A stretch of DNA of 64,000 nucleotides from NCBI RefSeq assembly GCF_009834535.1, contig NC_045696.1:120344001-120408000 (forward strand), read 5' to 3'. This DNA is from Camelus ferus. Lineage: Eukaryota. The notes beneath the pieces were generated by a model. It was given only the letters and a program-made list of their open reading frames with translations, was not told the DNA's origin and searched no databases. Every line of letters starts with the position of its first letter. Positions within the stretch are counted from its first letter, which is position 1. The position numbers and the translations under genes are program-made. This document shows, piece after piece, positions 1 to 12,320 of this stretch.

Positions 1-662
1 TCCAACCGTCTTCCACTCTTTTCTAAAGCAGAGATTAAAGCCCGGAATATTAACCCTGTGAGCAGAAATGAAACTGATACCTTCCCACTGTGTCCCAGAG
101 CCTCCTCTGACAATTTCACCCACTCCCCGAGAGTCAAGATTGTCCGGGATGTTTATTTTCAGGAAAGCTGTTGAGATGTTCCCACTAGCTAAGTGCAGAG
201 AAGAGTGTTATACTTACTGAAAAACAAAATGCTGAGAGGAGCAGCCTTTCATTTCAAAGTTTGAGTGGAATCTCACTGGTCGTTACCAGCATGAAAGAGA
301 TGCAGTTCAACAATGCTTTTCATCTGGCTGGAGCATTTTGTTAGCATCCGTATCTCTCACGTTGAGGTGCTGGGAATGATATGGCCACCCATGTGCTTGT
401 GTATGCGGGGAGTTACTTCTCTCATTTGATCCTTTGCAGATGGGAGGTTTTTTGTTAGATCTCTGTGTGCTCTGGTACCTTTGCGTTTTTTGAAATAGAT
501 GTTTACCAATAATTAAGAATAACTATTTACATTACAAGTAAGGAATTTGCTTGACTTAAATTAGCAGTTGCTATTATTTTTTTTAAGTATGAAGTTTCAT
601 TAAACCTGGGGTAATCCCCATGGATAGGTGACGTAGAAACTGATGGTTATTCCTACCTGCAG

Positions 663-725
663 CTCACTGTAGGTTTGAAAGGTGAAGAGGGTTCTCCAGG
701 ACGCCAGGGCCCACCTGGACAGAGG
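663..725 (+). CDS. COL6A5: COL6A5 exon (63 bp), late triple helix: LTVGLKGEEGSPGRQGPPGQR
   Basis: Acceptor cctacctgcAG (661-662), donor GTaagt (726); 21 codons of Gly-X-Y; 63-bp phase 0/0 exon typical of collagen VI helix exons. Confidence 0.93.
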
Positions 726-1276
726 GTAAGTACATTCCTGAGAACTAAGCAGTGGGTACTGGGTTCTCAAGGGAACAGGCACAGAATTGAAAGTCAGAAG
801 CACTGGGTTCAAGGCCAGCCTCTGCTTCTTGCTGCCTGAGTGCCGGTGGGCCAGTCCCAGGGTCTGTCAGTTTTGCCCTAAGACAGAGATGATGTGTCCC
901 ATTCTAACCACCTCAAAAGACAGCCATGAGCATCAGATCAAGGTGAACTTTCTTTGTAAACTGTCAAGTTCAAAGCAAATATTAGCTGTTGCTGGTATTC
1001 TTTTACTCAAGTTTTGCAAATGGGGTGGGATTGCATAGGCTTCATAAAGTTGTCCCGGCAAAGTTCAGTCGAGCGAGACAAGTTGATAGGTGAGGTTCCC
1101 AAACCACTGCTGGGACCCTCCTGACTTCACAATGCGGACTCCAGAGAGATTGGGAAATAAAATGGCAACAAATTTAAAAAATTTTTTTTTTTTTACATTC
1201 TTGGTGTGTGTCAGGGAAAGAGCATTGGAGACTCCAATTCACACACCAATCACTTGCTCTGTTTCTGTTTCCCTAG

Positions 1277-1312
1277 GGCGCTAAAGGCATGGCCGGGCAG
1301 CCCGTGTATTCT
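1277..1312 (+). CDS. COL6A5: COL6A5 exon (36 bp), end of triple helix: GAKGMAGQPVYS
   Basis: Acceptor tttccctAG, donor GTacgt; continues Gly-X-Y in frame. Confidence 0.93.
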
Positions 1313-1425
1313 GTACGTATGTCTTTAATCATGAAAGATAATCCAACCAGTTCACCGGGAAATAAATGTGGCCCCTTGGAGATCACTGTACTCATGTCTG
1401 TCTTCTGTCTCCTTGAAATTTCCAG

Positions 1426-1462
1426 CAGTGTGATCTGGTTCAATTCCTGCGGGACCACAGCC
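1426..1462 (+). CDS. COL6A5: COL6A5 exon (37 bp): QCDLVQFLRDHS(P), post-helix Cys linker
   Basis: Acceptor tttccAG (tandem CAGCAG), donor GTgagt at 1463; resembles collagen VI post-helix 'CDL..FLR.HSPC' motif. Confidence 0.92.
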
Positions 1463-2199
1463 GTGAGTATCTGGGTGTCCTAGACCGAGAGCGTCAGTGA
1501 TGGGTGAAGGCACTTAGGCCCAAGGTGGGGCGGGCATGTGGAATCGGTGGTGGTGGAGCCTCACGTCCTCATGAGCAGGCTCGCCGTGAGTGCCTGCTGG
1601 AGGAACAGCTCGCAGCCAAGGCGGGAGGAAAAGCCACACGCCATAGCTCAGGAGGCACGGCTCGTACAGGGAGAGAAAGCACTCCCATGGGAGACAATCA
1701 GTGACCAGCTGGAAAGGTGTGCAGTCAGCTCACACTAGTGCCACAGTTACGTGCAGAGGCCTGGGGTGGGGGGCACGGTGTTCCAGGCAGGAACGTGGAG
1801 GAGGGGTTAGTGGGCTACTTAGTTCATGAAGGCTCCTTGGATGGAGGTCACTGAATCCGGATACGGGGACGTGATGGGAGCGGCGAGAGAACAGTTTCAG
1901 CAAAGGAATAAAGCAGGAATCGACAAATGGAGGGATCTTTTCTTATGAAGAAGGGGAAGTGAGTTAGCAAAACCCCAGGGATCCCACTTCTGGAAATTTA
2001 CCCGAAGGAATAAAGGGAAAAATGATAGATAGGGAACGATGGTGTTGAAATAGTATTCATGAGAGAAAAATGACTGTGCACTTAGACTCTTTTCGCTTAA
2101 AGAACAATTAGATTGTGGTGCATTGTCTTCTGATAAAATATTAAGCAAATAGAGTTTTTACGAAGACTCAATCTGAATATGAAAATGCTGTCATATTTT

Positions 2200-2572
2200 T
2201 TTCTTTTTGTTTTTATTTTTTGGGGGTAGGTAATTATGTTTATTTATTTATTTATTCCTTTATTTATGTACTTATTTTTAATTGAAGTCTAGTTGATTTA
2301 CAGTGTTAGTTTCAGGTACATAGCAAAGTGATTCAGTTCTACATATACATACGTACATATTTTTTCTTTTCAGATTCTTTTCCATTACATGTTATTACGA
2401 GAAATTGAATGTAATTCCCTGTGCTAGATAGTAGGTCCTTGCCATTCATCTATTCTATGCATAGTAATGTGTGTTGGTTTATTTATTTTTTTAAATGGAG
2501 GTACTGGGGATTGAACCCAGGACCTCATGCACGCTAAGCATGTGTTCTACCACTGAGCTATACCCTCCCCCC
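2200..2572 (-). mobile_element. tRNA-Ala-derived SINE (Vic-1-type) with an L1 3' fragment (about 2277-2475) nested in its A-rich linker
   Basis: tRNA-like head 2496-2570; SINE tail motif ggggtaggtaattatgtttattt at about 2222-2250; L1 3'UTR in between. Confidence 0.8.
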
Positions 2573-2623
2573 TGCCCTGAAAAATAGTCATTAAAAAGTA
2601 AATTAAATCCTTACTTTTACATA

Positions 2624-2626
<3 letters not shown>

Positions 2627-2669
<43 letters not shown>

Positions 2670-2724
2670 CCTATATATATATATAAATATATATATATTT
2701 ACCTATACACACACACACACACAC
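2627..2724. repeat. Compound microsatellite (GT)20-(AT)n-(AC)n
   Basis: Directly visible. Confidence 0.95.
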
Positions 2725-3204
2725 ATAGAAAGAAATGCTAGAAGAGAAATTGAACAAAAGTAAAAATCTGTTGTGTTTAGGTGGTAGAATTTTAGGTGAT
2801 CCTTCTTGTCTCCATTGCGGGTGATGATAACACTTATGCAGTCACCATCAGATGCGTGTAAAGTGGGAAAATCACAGAGACTCACTGAAGTAGACTGGAT
2901 AGAAATGTAGTCATTGCAGATGTGCGGCCAGGAAAGAACAGGACAATAGCAAGTTTAGAACTTCTGCAGGGCCAGAGCGGGAGAAGTTTGGTATTGCCGT
3001 GGGTGGGGAGGCAGAGGAGTTGTGAAAGGGAATCCGTGGGCAGGAAGAGACGATGAGTTGAAACGTTGTAGAGGCCAAGGAATGCTGTGCGGGCCCTAGA
3101 GGCACATGATCTCCAGGCAGCCGATGAAACGGGGCTCCCATAAAGGGGAGGATCAGGGGAAGAGACTCAGAGGAGGCTGAGGTCGCCAGAGGAAACTCAA
3201 ATTC

Positions 3205-3811
3205 AAAAAGGTACATGCACCCCAATGTTCATAGCAGCACTATATACAACAGCCAAGACATGGAAACAACCTGAATGTCCATCAACAGATGACTGGATAA
3301 AGAAGATGTGGTATATTTATATAATGGAATACTACTCAGCCTTAAAAAAGAATAAAATAATGCCATTTGCAGCAACATGGATGTCCCTGGAGAATGTCAT
3401 TCTAAGTGAAGTAAGCCAGAAAGAGAAAGAAAAATACCATATGATATCACTCATTTATGCAATCTAAAAGAAAGCAAAAGAAAAAAGAAGGCACTAATGA
3501 ACTCATCTACAAAACAGAAACAGACTCACAGACATAGTAAACAAACTTATGATTACCAAAGGGGAAAGGAGGATAGGTTTGGATAAACTAGGAGTTTGGG
3601 ATCAACAGATACTAACTACTATATGTAAAACAGATAAACAGCAAGTTTCTTCTGTGTAGCACAGGGAACTATATTCGATATCTTGTAGTAACCTATAATG
3701 AAAAAGAATCTGAAAACAAATATCTGTATGTATATGGATGCCTGAAGCATGATGCTGTACACCAGAAATGGACACATTGTAACTGACTATACTTCAATTT
3801 CAAAAAAAAAA
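3205..3811 (+). mobile_element. L1 3' fragment (ORF2 C-terminus, 3'UTR, A tail)
   Basis: ORF MFIAALYTTAKTWKQPECPSTDDWIKKMWYIY is the L1 ORF2 C-terminal motif. Confidence 0.92.
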
Positions 3812-5218
3812 GTGGCAGAGGGGCAGGAAAGTAGAGATGAGGAAATCCTGCCAAGTGTGGGAAAGAAGCAGGAAGAAGCCAGTGGAGAGATGCTCCCAGG
3901 GAGGCAGACCCATGTGAGAGACCCTCCCGCACAGGGAGGAGGTGAAAACCAGCCTGGGGCCACAGGCAGGGACAGAAGGAGAGCCCCTGGTGGAAGGGAG
4001 TGTGTGATCTACATCAAATGATCCAAGGAGGTGAGAGAGCTGGGGAGGTGGTACCCGCTTTGGAGGACCTGGAATTTGAGGTTTTTCATCACAGCAGGAA
4101 AGGGGTTAGCCAGGAAATGAGGGGGCCCAGGGGAGAGCTGCTGGGCTCTGTCACCAAACAGGGTGCAGATGAGAGCGTGGAACTCCAGAGTGCAGCTCTG
4201 ATGTTAGCGTGGGGGCGACAGGTCTCAGTGCTCATTCAGCCACCTCACTGGAGGGGTGACATCTCCGAGGTCCTGTGAGGTCGTATTCCTGCTCTAACAC
4301 GTGAGTTCTCCAGTCCCACAGGAGCTCTAGCCATACTGAGATAAGGCTGTGGGTTCTGGGAGCTCTCTCAGCAGGAAGCTAGCGTGTCAGCTGCTGCTGG
4401 GTGAAGACAAACAGAAACATGATGTGAGGGGGGAGGTGAGCCATGGAACAGCTGGACGGGGGCCAGTTTGTTGCCAGTGCCAGGAACATCTTCTGAGTGT
4501 ATCAGAGTGATTCATTGGCTTCCTAGGAATGGAGTAAAAGGAACATGGAAATCATCAGGCCTGTGCTTTCCTAAAGATTTACCACTTTCCCCCTCCCTGA
4601 ATCGTCTCCAGCTCTCTGAGTAAATCACTGGGAGAAACCAGATGCCGGTTGGCTCGGGAGAAAGCCCTAGGGGTTCCCCTCCTGTCTGGACACGGAGCTC
4701 ACTCACACACAGGGGCTGTTTCTTTTTTTAGCAGAGACAAAGTGCATTTGGACATCCTCAGGGTTCTGCAGAAAAAAAAAATAGAGGTTCCCGAGGTGTT
4801 CACTGGGGAAGAAAATAAGACCCTGTGTCTGAGCCCTGCCTTGCTGAAAGGCTCTCCGAAGGCTGGAAGGAGGGAGACAAAGCACACTGCATTTTAGCTG
4901 TCTTGCTGTTTAATAAGAGGCTCATCTCGTCTGCTCCTAGGACAAGTGATCAGTGATTCAGATTTCAACCAGAGTTCTGCTAGCGTCTGCTGGCCAGGCG
5001 TCTCAGGGAGGAAAGGTCAGAAAGGCTCACAAATGAATAAAATCCTGTGTCTTCCTCCGTCCTTAACCTTGGCTCCCCATAATGAGGAACTAGCCTCCTT
5101 TGCCATAGAGTCAAACAGAATATTCAGCTTTGTTGAAATTGTGGCGGGGGAATTTGGAGTATTTTTAGTCTGGGTTCCAAAAATGTAACAGGCTCTTTCT
5201 CTTTCTTTTTTTTAATAG

Positions 5219-5230
5219 CTTGTTGGAAAG
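5219..5230 (+). CDS. COL6A5: COL6A5 12-nt microexon CT TGT TGG AAA G: (P)CWK(E)
   Basis: Long pyrimidine tract plus aatAG acceptor, AAG|GTgagt donor; phase 1/1; supplies the PCWKE residues between HS and KCP. Confidence 0.88.
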
Positions 5231-7259
5231 GTGAGTAATCTTACTGTATTTCGTTTCTTGCTGAATGATGCCTGCTTCTTGCATTCTGATAAAACCGACT
5301 GAGAAGCAGCCCTCATGCCCTATGGGAACAGGGGTTTCTCCCTTCTCTGCAGACACCCCTGTCTATCTGTGGGTTATGACTGTATGTACGGTTAATTCAC
5401 ATTTTGACCTGGCTATGAAATGCTGATTGCCCGCCACTGGCCACATCACCCTACTGTTCTCTCTGGGTCCTGCCACCGTTCACAGCTCATGGTCTTCGCT
5501 GCCTTGCTGGGCAGCTGGGTGTCAGGACTTCCTGCCTGACCACTTCTGCTGTCCATCCACTGCTCACCCCAGGGACACGCTTCTTGGACGAGTGATGTTT
5601 CCTTTCCTCCCTCTGACCTCCCTTCACACCTGCATCTCCACGTGCCCGACACTTGTCAGTCTGACCTGGAGGACGGAGGATGCTCTTCCCAGAACCTGGA
5701 CCACAGTCAGTGTTAGGTGCAGCCTTAGACCCTTGGATGGAGCCGATCAGGCCAAGTCCAAGAGCTTCCGGTCTCTTGGAGACCTGCTGATGGAGACCCA
5801 CATGGTCTTCGAGCTCATCCCAAAATTTGGCACCATTCACTTTAACACCTCCACCCTGTCCCCCCCCCCCCCCCCAGAATCCATCACACATCTAAGCACT
5901 CAATAAAACTTCATGGATCTGAATTAAATTTATCAAGTACCCTGCTGGGGCACTAGGAAAGGGAGAGGTTAAAAATAAATAAAAATTGATGCTGCCTTCT
6001 GGGAGAATCTCTGACAATAGGTCAGTTACAAAGATGCTTATTTATCACTTCATTAATAATTTTTAGTATAGGGCTAAGAAATCGGGACTATTTCATTGTT
6101 CTCACTTTATAAGAGTTTGTTCACATTTTAAAAATTCCTTTGCAGTCAAATGTCTTGATTTAAAACACATCTCGAAATCACTGCCTCCTCTTCCATCTAT
6201 TACTGAGAACAATGGTTGAGGATAAGGGGATGTGTTGAGTTTAATGCTCTCTGGGAGTTAGCCGGATTGGGGCGAGAACAGCCTACGTAGGTGGCGGTGG
6301 GGAGGGTTGCTTACTTCCCAGAGAACTTCTTTTTCCTGTGTTCAGACTTTAACAAGGTCTTTGAAAAGTTATGTTTGATACAGAGTGAAATTCCCCAAGC
6401 GCAGTCATCATGAGACTAGCAGGATTGCGTTGGGAATTACAGACAGTCCTGCCATTATCATGGCTTGTTGCAACCCTGCCGTGGTCCATGCCTCTCCCTT
6501 CCTCCTGTCACCCTTGCTTTCATCCCCAAGCTAGCTTTCACGAAGCCTCTGGGATCCCCTCTCTCTGGAAACAGCCTCTTTGTCCTCTGATCTCCATTAA
6601 GAATAATAATCACTCTCTGCCTTTCAAAATAATGATTCTCCCTGGACAAGACCCTTGAGGGCAGACCTGCCTTCGGTTTATCTTTGCACGTATCTCACAG
6701 CACCTGTCCCCCTGCGTCTCACGGGGTGGGTACTTAATATTTGCTGTGTGAGTGGATGAATCTCTTTCAACTGACTCTCATTCGTAGTAGATCATCTCTG
6801 AAACTCTTTGAAGAGAATAAACTTTCCGATTTTCTGATCAATCGTCTCCTTTTAAAAATGTACATACAGTAAAGTCCACTCTTTCGTTGGGTTTTTCACA
6901 CATGTATAGATTCCTGTAACCACCACCACAGTCATCACAGTCAAGGTGCAGGACAGTTCCATCAGCCCACATGCTCCCTCCGGTGTCCTTTTAAATAGCA
7001 GACTGATAATGGGGAGGGTGGTGAAGTCTGAGCATTTTAGAGCCAAACACACTGCTCTGTGTTTAGGTAACACCTTCCAGCTAAAGAAGCAGAGTCCTTT
7101 TCTTCCTTTGCGTGTGGGTACCTCTGGTCTTAGACCTTTGGGTATTACTTGCCTTTTCCCAGACCTCAGCATAAACTCACCTCACTGGAGTAAAAGATGG
7201 ATGGGAAAGGCTTTTGATGCATTAAAACAACCTAAGACTTCTGCTTCTCATTTCTGTAG

Positions 7260-7747
7260 AAAAGTGTCCCGTGTACCCAATGGATCTGGTATTTGCCCTG
7301 GACCAGTCCTCTGACATCACAGAGCTGAGATTCAATGAAACGAGGAACACCATCACTTCCATCGTCAGTGACCTCAACATCCGGGAAAGTAACTGCCCCG
7401 TGGGAGCAAGGGTGGCTGTGCTTTCCTACGACTCAGCCACCAGCTATCTGATCCATCCGTCTGACTACCGTAACAAGAAGCACCTCCTTCAACTTCTTTC
7501 CCAGATAAAATATTCAAAGTCTAGAGAAGTCCGAGACATCGGGAACGCAATGCGGTTTGTGGCCCGGAATGTCTTCAAGCGGACGTCCGCGGGAGCCAGT
7601 GTGCAGAGGGTTGCTGTGTTTTTTAGCAACGGACAAGCCACCAGTAGGTCATCCATCATCACGGCCACCATGGAGTTCAGCGCCCTGGAGATCAGCCCGG
7701 CAGTCATTGCTTATAATGAGAGGAATTTCCTTGATGAGGCTTTTGGG
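7260..7747 (+). CDS. COL6A5: COL6A5 exon (488 bp), VWA domain C1
   Basis: Acceptor tttctgtAG, donor GGG|GTaagt; ORF 7271-7825 KCPVYPMDLVFALDQSSD...RVAVLSY...RVAVFFSNG has VWA/Rossmann strand pattern. Confidence 0.96.
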
Positions 7748-7795
7748 GTAAGTACTTTCCTTGGCACTGACTTTAATTTTAATATATTGGCACTA

Positions 7796-7875
7796 GGCGG
7801 AGGGTGTAGCTCAGTGGTAGAGTGAGTGCTTAGCATGCACGAGGTCCTGGGTTCAATCCTCAGCACTTCCATTTG
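7796..7875 (+). mobile_element. tRNA-Ala-derived SINE, short copy
   Basis: ggagggtgtagctcagtggtagag...gggttcaatcctcagcacttcca; degenerate TSD aatatattggcact/aagacattggtgct. Confidence 0.85.
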
Positions 7876-8809
7876 AAAAGAAGACATTGGTGCTGGCAGG
7901 ATGGGAATACTGGGAGAGTCGGGGGAGCGATGGGGCCTCGTATCCACCTTTGCAGTTTTCACAGCTGTTTTGTTGCCCGTGTCCGTGAAATCCAGTAGCT
8001 ACACAAACAAGTGGTCAGTCAATGCCAGCAGCTCCCTCCCCGCCGTGCGCCAGGATCGGGCCCTAGAGCTTTACATCCACACTCAAGATAGCCTCCCAGC
8101 CCTCAGAATTGAATGCACTTGGTACCTCCATTTAAAAATCAGGAAACCGAGGCCGGGAGAGTTTGAGTGACTCCTCCAGTTTGGTACCACTGCTCGGTGG
8201 CAAAATTGAGATTCGAACTCAGGTCTGTCTGATAGAAAAGGTAGTGAACCCATGCCCTCCCAGCCCTCTGCAGGTCTGGTGGCTCTCAGACCTGTGGTCC
8301 ACTCAGGGGATACCGTGCAACCGCTGGTCTTAACGTGGTGAGTGACGTTTAGGGGGTCTTCAAATCCCTGATGTTGTGTGAAACCTTGATGTGTATGAAC
8401 CTTTTCCCCAAGAGGCTCTGTCCCTCTTGGATTCACAGATTCTCGTGGGATCTATGCCCCCACCTTTCTCCCTACAAAACTGAAAATCTTCTCCCATCTC
8501 CTGTTCCTGCTATTTTGAAATATATTCCTATTATCCATGAAATACATGCTCCTAGAGCTGGGTAAAGCCATTAGGTCCTCCAAGAGGTTATGAAGGTCAC
8601 TTTTTGTACAAATACACGTGTTTCTATTGAAAAAAAAAATAAGCCCTCTACAGCATGGAGAGACCCAACCTGCTTGTAACGTATCCACAAATTTTTGAAA
8701 CTAAGAGCCACAGGGAGAGTCACAATCGATCCTGGCAGAAAGGACAGAAGGAAGACGCTGTATTTTCTATAAAAATAATCACCTCCCCTCATACTGGATA
8801 GATTATTTA

Positions 8810-8955
8810 TGTATTATGTTATGGTGTGTGTCCCCTGACTCAAATGTAAGATAGAGATTTTATCTGCTTTGTTCAGTCCTGTATCCCCAGTACCTATTTA
8901 CCATTGTAGGCATTCAGTAAATGTTTGTTGAATGAATGAATGAATGAATGAATGA
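8810..8955 (+). mobile_element. L2 3' end with (GAAT)n tail
   Basis: ttgttcagtcctgtatcccc...taggcattcagtaaatgtttgttgaatgaatg. Confidence 0.7.
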
Positions 8956-9388
8956 ACAAACGAAGTGTGTGGTTTACTCCTGTGAATGAACTTCCTTGAT
9001 TTACCAAGGCAGCACTGAATCTTTACTTGGGGGACCAACCAGGTCGAATACCAAATAGCACCCAAAGCATTCAGTTTCATACACAGCAGAAAAACTAAAA
9101 CAGTGGTTAATTCTGTGAGTGGTATCAAATTTGAGTGTTATGGAATATGAAAAAAAGAAATGAAAAATTATACTGTTTAGTCATCATTTTATAAAGATCT
9201 CAGTATATGGAGAAAGTTTATTTACATTAAAGATAATTCCTCAGAATATGTTAAGTGTTATTAGCTAGTACACGTGCATTATGGTCAAGTTCACTTAGTT
9301 CAAGGGAATATGATAGAAAATAATACTACATGGTGTCTTGCTATATGTAAATTTTATAAAAGGGAATGAAGGTTAGTGAAGATATACA

Positions 9389-9569
9389 CAAAAACAGATT
9401 TAAAAAGTTTCTTCTGTGTAGCACAGGGAACTATGTTCAATATCTTGTAATAACCTTTAATGAAAAAGAATATGAAAATGAATATATGTATGCATATGCA
9501 TGACTGGGACACTGTGCTGTACACCAGAGATGGACACATTGTAACTGACTGTACTTCAGTTAAAAAAAA
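9389..9569 (+). mobile_element. Short L1 3'UTR insertion with degenerate TSD
   Basis: L1 3'UTR plus A tail; flanks gttagtgaagatatac / gttggtgaagattatac. Confidence 0.85.
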
Positions 9570-10334
9570 GTTGGTGAAGATTATACTAAATATTTTGTTT
9601 ATGCAGGTATAGTACCATATTTAAAAATAAATGGCTTTTTTCCTTAAAAATAAAAGGTAGAGAGCAGGAATGTAGTAGGTACTTCCTAACTCTAAGGCTG
9701 GAATGATGATAAATGTTTCCAAATGCTCACTCGGCACTTTACAGAAAGACAGAGGGTATGGCTTTTCTAACCTCTACTTTCCCGAAGAAGGAGTAGTGAA
9801 GTATGAACCTCTCTGTGGACTGAGGGATGCTCTCAGCACGTGGGAGCGATAGATTTCTTTCACTGTAATCAAAGTGTCTGTTTTGCATAGTGTCTCCTAC
9901 AGACTAAATACCCAATAAATAGTTCTTGAGTCACTGAATGGATGCCGTGTGTTGCCCATTTCAGTGAGGATCAAAGCAAAAATGGCATCAAGAAACAGAC
10001 AAAACCGGGCAGTGTGCTGGCAAGAGTTTTGAACAGACCTGGTGTCTTCTGTCTCCTGCCTCTGCCTTTGGGAGTAGACTGTCTGTTGGAATCTGTGGTT
10101 GGGAATGCCCACTTGGCACCTGACGGATGACGCCTTCTCGTGGGCGGTGTGATTGGGGTGGAAATCGCTGGAATCACTGCTTAAAGAGGCCGAAGGAAAC
10201 TTGGAATGGAACATTTCGGCAGGACCTAGCTTCAGAAGCCGACGCACTTGCAGGAGTGTGAAAAAACTCAGTGCAGAATTGCAGGCTTGGAAATAAGAAT
10301 GATAATTTTTTTCCCCCAGGTATACCATTAACTT

Positions 10335-10727
10335 ACTTTTTTTTTATCGAAGTGCACTCAGTTTACAATGTGGTGTCAATTTCTGGTGTGCAGCTTAATG
10401 TTTCAATCATACGTATAAATACATACGTTCATTTTCATGTTCTTTTCCATTATAGATCACTACAAGATAGTGAATAGAGTTCCCTGTGCTATAGAGTAGG
10501 ACCTTGTTTATCTATTTTATATACAGTAGTTAGCATTTCCAAATCTCAAACTCCCGATTTATCCCTTCCCACCCTCTTTCTCCCTGGTAACCATAAGATT
10601 GTTTTTTATGTCTGTGAGTCTGTTTCTGTTTTGTAGATGAGGTCATCAGTGTCTTCTTTTTTCTTTTTTTAGATTCCACATATGAGTGATATCATATGGT
10701 ATTTTTCTTTCTCTTTCTCGCTTACTC
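10335..10727 (-). mobile_element. L1 3'UTR fragment
   Basis: polyT then gtttacaatgtggtgtcaatttctggtg...agattccacatatgagtgat. Confidence 0.88.
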
Positions 10728-11033
10728 AGGAATGAGATTTTAATACTTGCTTCACCCTGTGGGTGAATCTTGTGGTTATCTTGCAGGAGTTTTCTCATCA
10801 TAAAATTGGGACGCTAATACCTGATGTGTATACTTCTCCGGGCTTGTGTTTAGGCTCACAGGGACATAGCGTGTGTGTGCTGGTGAAGATGCACCGAGTG
10901 GAGCGAGGGGCTGTGATGCGAGGTGATGGTGGTCAGTTGCGTGCTTTCCAAACTCTCAAAGTGGGGCATGATGGACTCCTGATAGTGATTAAAGAAAGCA
11001 GTCAAATAAGCACATACTTCTTTTTCAATGCAG

Positions 11034-11127
11034 TTTGACGACACCGGGACCTTCCAGGTGCTCCCTGTGCCTCCAGATGGGGAATACGAACCATTAGAGA
11101 GACTGCGGCGCTGTACCCTTTGCTATG
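11034..11127 (+). CDS. COL6A5: COL6A5 exon (94 bp), end of C1: FDDTGTFQVLPVPPDGEYEPLERLRRCTLCY(D)
   Basis: Acceptor tttcaatgcAG, donor G|GTaaga; collagen VI 'CxLCYDxC' linker. Confidence 0.95.
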
Positions 11128-11666
11128 GTAAGACTAATGAGGAGGATTTATTGTGCCGAAACAAATGCCTTCTGGGTGAGCCATTAAATCTGGCTTTATC
11201 AGAAATGTCCATTTTGGATTGTAGATCCTATTTTAAGTTTTCCAGTCCTCCAATACCGCAGGTCAGGGTTCCAATCTCTGCAATGTCTGAAGTTTCCATA
11301 GAATGTGAAAGTTGGTTTAGATGATGTTGCCAATTGATGTGGGTTTTCTTGGGGACAATTGGGTTGTTTGTACCAAAAGCCTCTAAAATATTACAAATAT
11401 TTTTGAAATGAGTTTGGATATGACTTGTAGACTTCAAGTACATATGCTACCTACGTCTGCTTTCAACAAAGACATTCCCAGATTGTCTGTCAGTGGCCAC
11501 AGAAATTGTGGGGGTGTTGAAAATTCCTTATTAATTTAAGTGATGTGAGGCGGAAGAGGTACTGATCAGGTTATTAATTCTCTATCATCAGTCACTTATT
11601 CCTTGAAGATCTCAACAGTGTCTTGTGTTGACCTTGAATCAGTGATGAGTCTCTATGTGTTTTCAG

Positions 11667-12320
11667 ATAAATGTTTTCCGAGTGCTTGCAGCAGAGAGAT
11701 TTTCTTGCCCGAAGACTCATACGTGGATGTAGCCTTCCTCTTAGACAATTCTCAGAATATGGCAAGAGATGAGTTTAAGGGTGTGAAAACCTTGGTGAGC
11801 TCGATGCTTGACAACTTCATCATTGCCTCAGACCCTATCATCTCAGACTCTGGTGATAGAGTTGCTTTGTTGACCTATTCTCCTTGGGATAGGAGAAAGA
11901 AGGATGTGGTAAAAACCGAGTTTGAGTTTACAACGTATGACAGTCAAGTTCTAATGAAGAGACACATTCAGACTAACCTCCAGCAGCTACATGGAGAAGC
12001 TACCATTGGCCAGGCCCTGCTGTGGACTGTGGAGAATCTCTTCGCAAGAACACCCAACCTGAGAAAACACAGGATCATCCTTGTGATCTCTGCTGGAGAA
12101 AATCGTGAGAGAAAGGAATTCTTAAAGAAGACGGCTCTGCGGGCCAAGTGTCAGGGATATGTCATATTTGTGGTTTCCCTGGGGTCAACCCATAGGGCGG
12201 ACATGGAGGAGCTAGCCAGCCACCCACTGGATCACCATCTGATACAACTTGGGAGAGTTCATAAACCGAATCTGGATTACATCGTGAAGTTTTTAAAGCC
12301 ATTTGTGTACTCAGTTCGAC
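11667..12320 (+). CDS. COL6A5: COL6A5 exon (654 bp), VWA domain C2
   Basis: Acceptor gtgttttcAG, donor C|GTaagt; ORF 11603-12355 DVAFLLDNS...GDRVALLTY...ELASHPLDHHLIQLG. Confidence 0.96.

Noticed and set aside
5427..5906. 159-aa and 134-aa opposing ORFs
   Set aside because: Intronic, low-complexity translation, no homology recognised
7748..7825. ORF extensions beyond the VWA exons (also 12321-12355, 31934-32004, 34485-34546)
   Set aside because: Read-through past strong GT donors into introns; the spliced frame continues in the next exon
7796..7871. tRNA-Ala(AGC) gene (and similar copies near 2500, 14050, 14930, 15100, 32300, 37560, 48930)
   Set aside because: Multiple diverged copies with A-rich tails, a shared non-tRNA tail motif and TSDs identify these as SINEs, not functional tRNA genes
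11097..11114. RLRR furin-like site
   Set aside because: Lies in the terminal helix of VWA C1 next to linker cysteines; motif alone gives no support for cleavage
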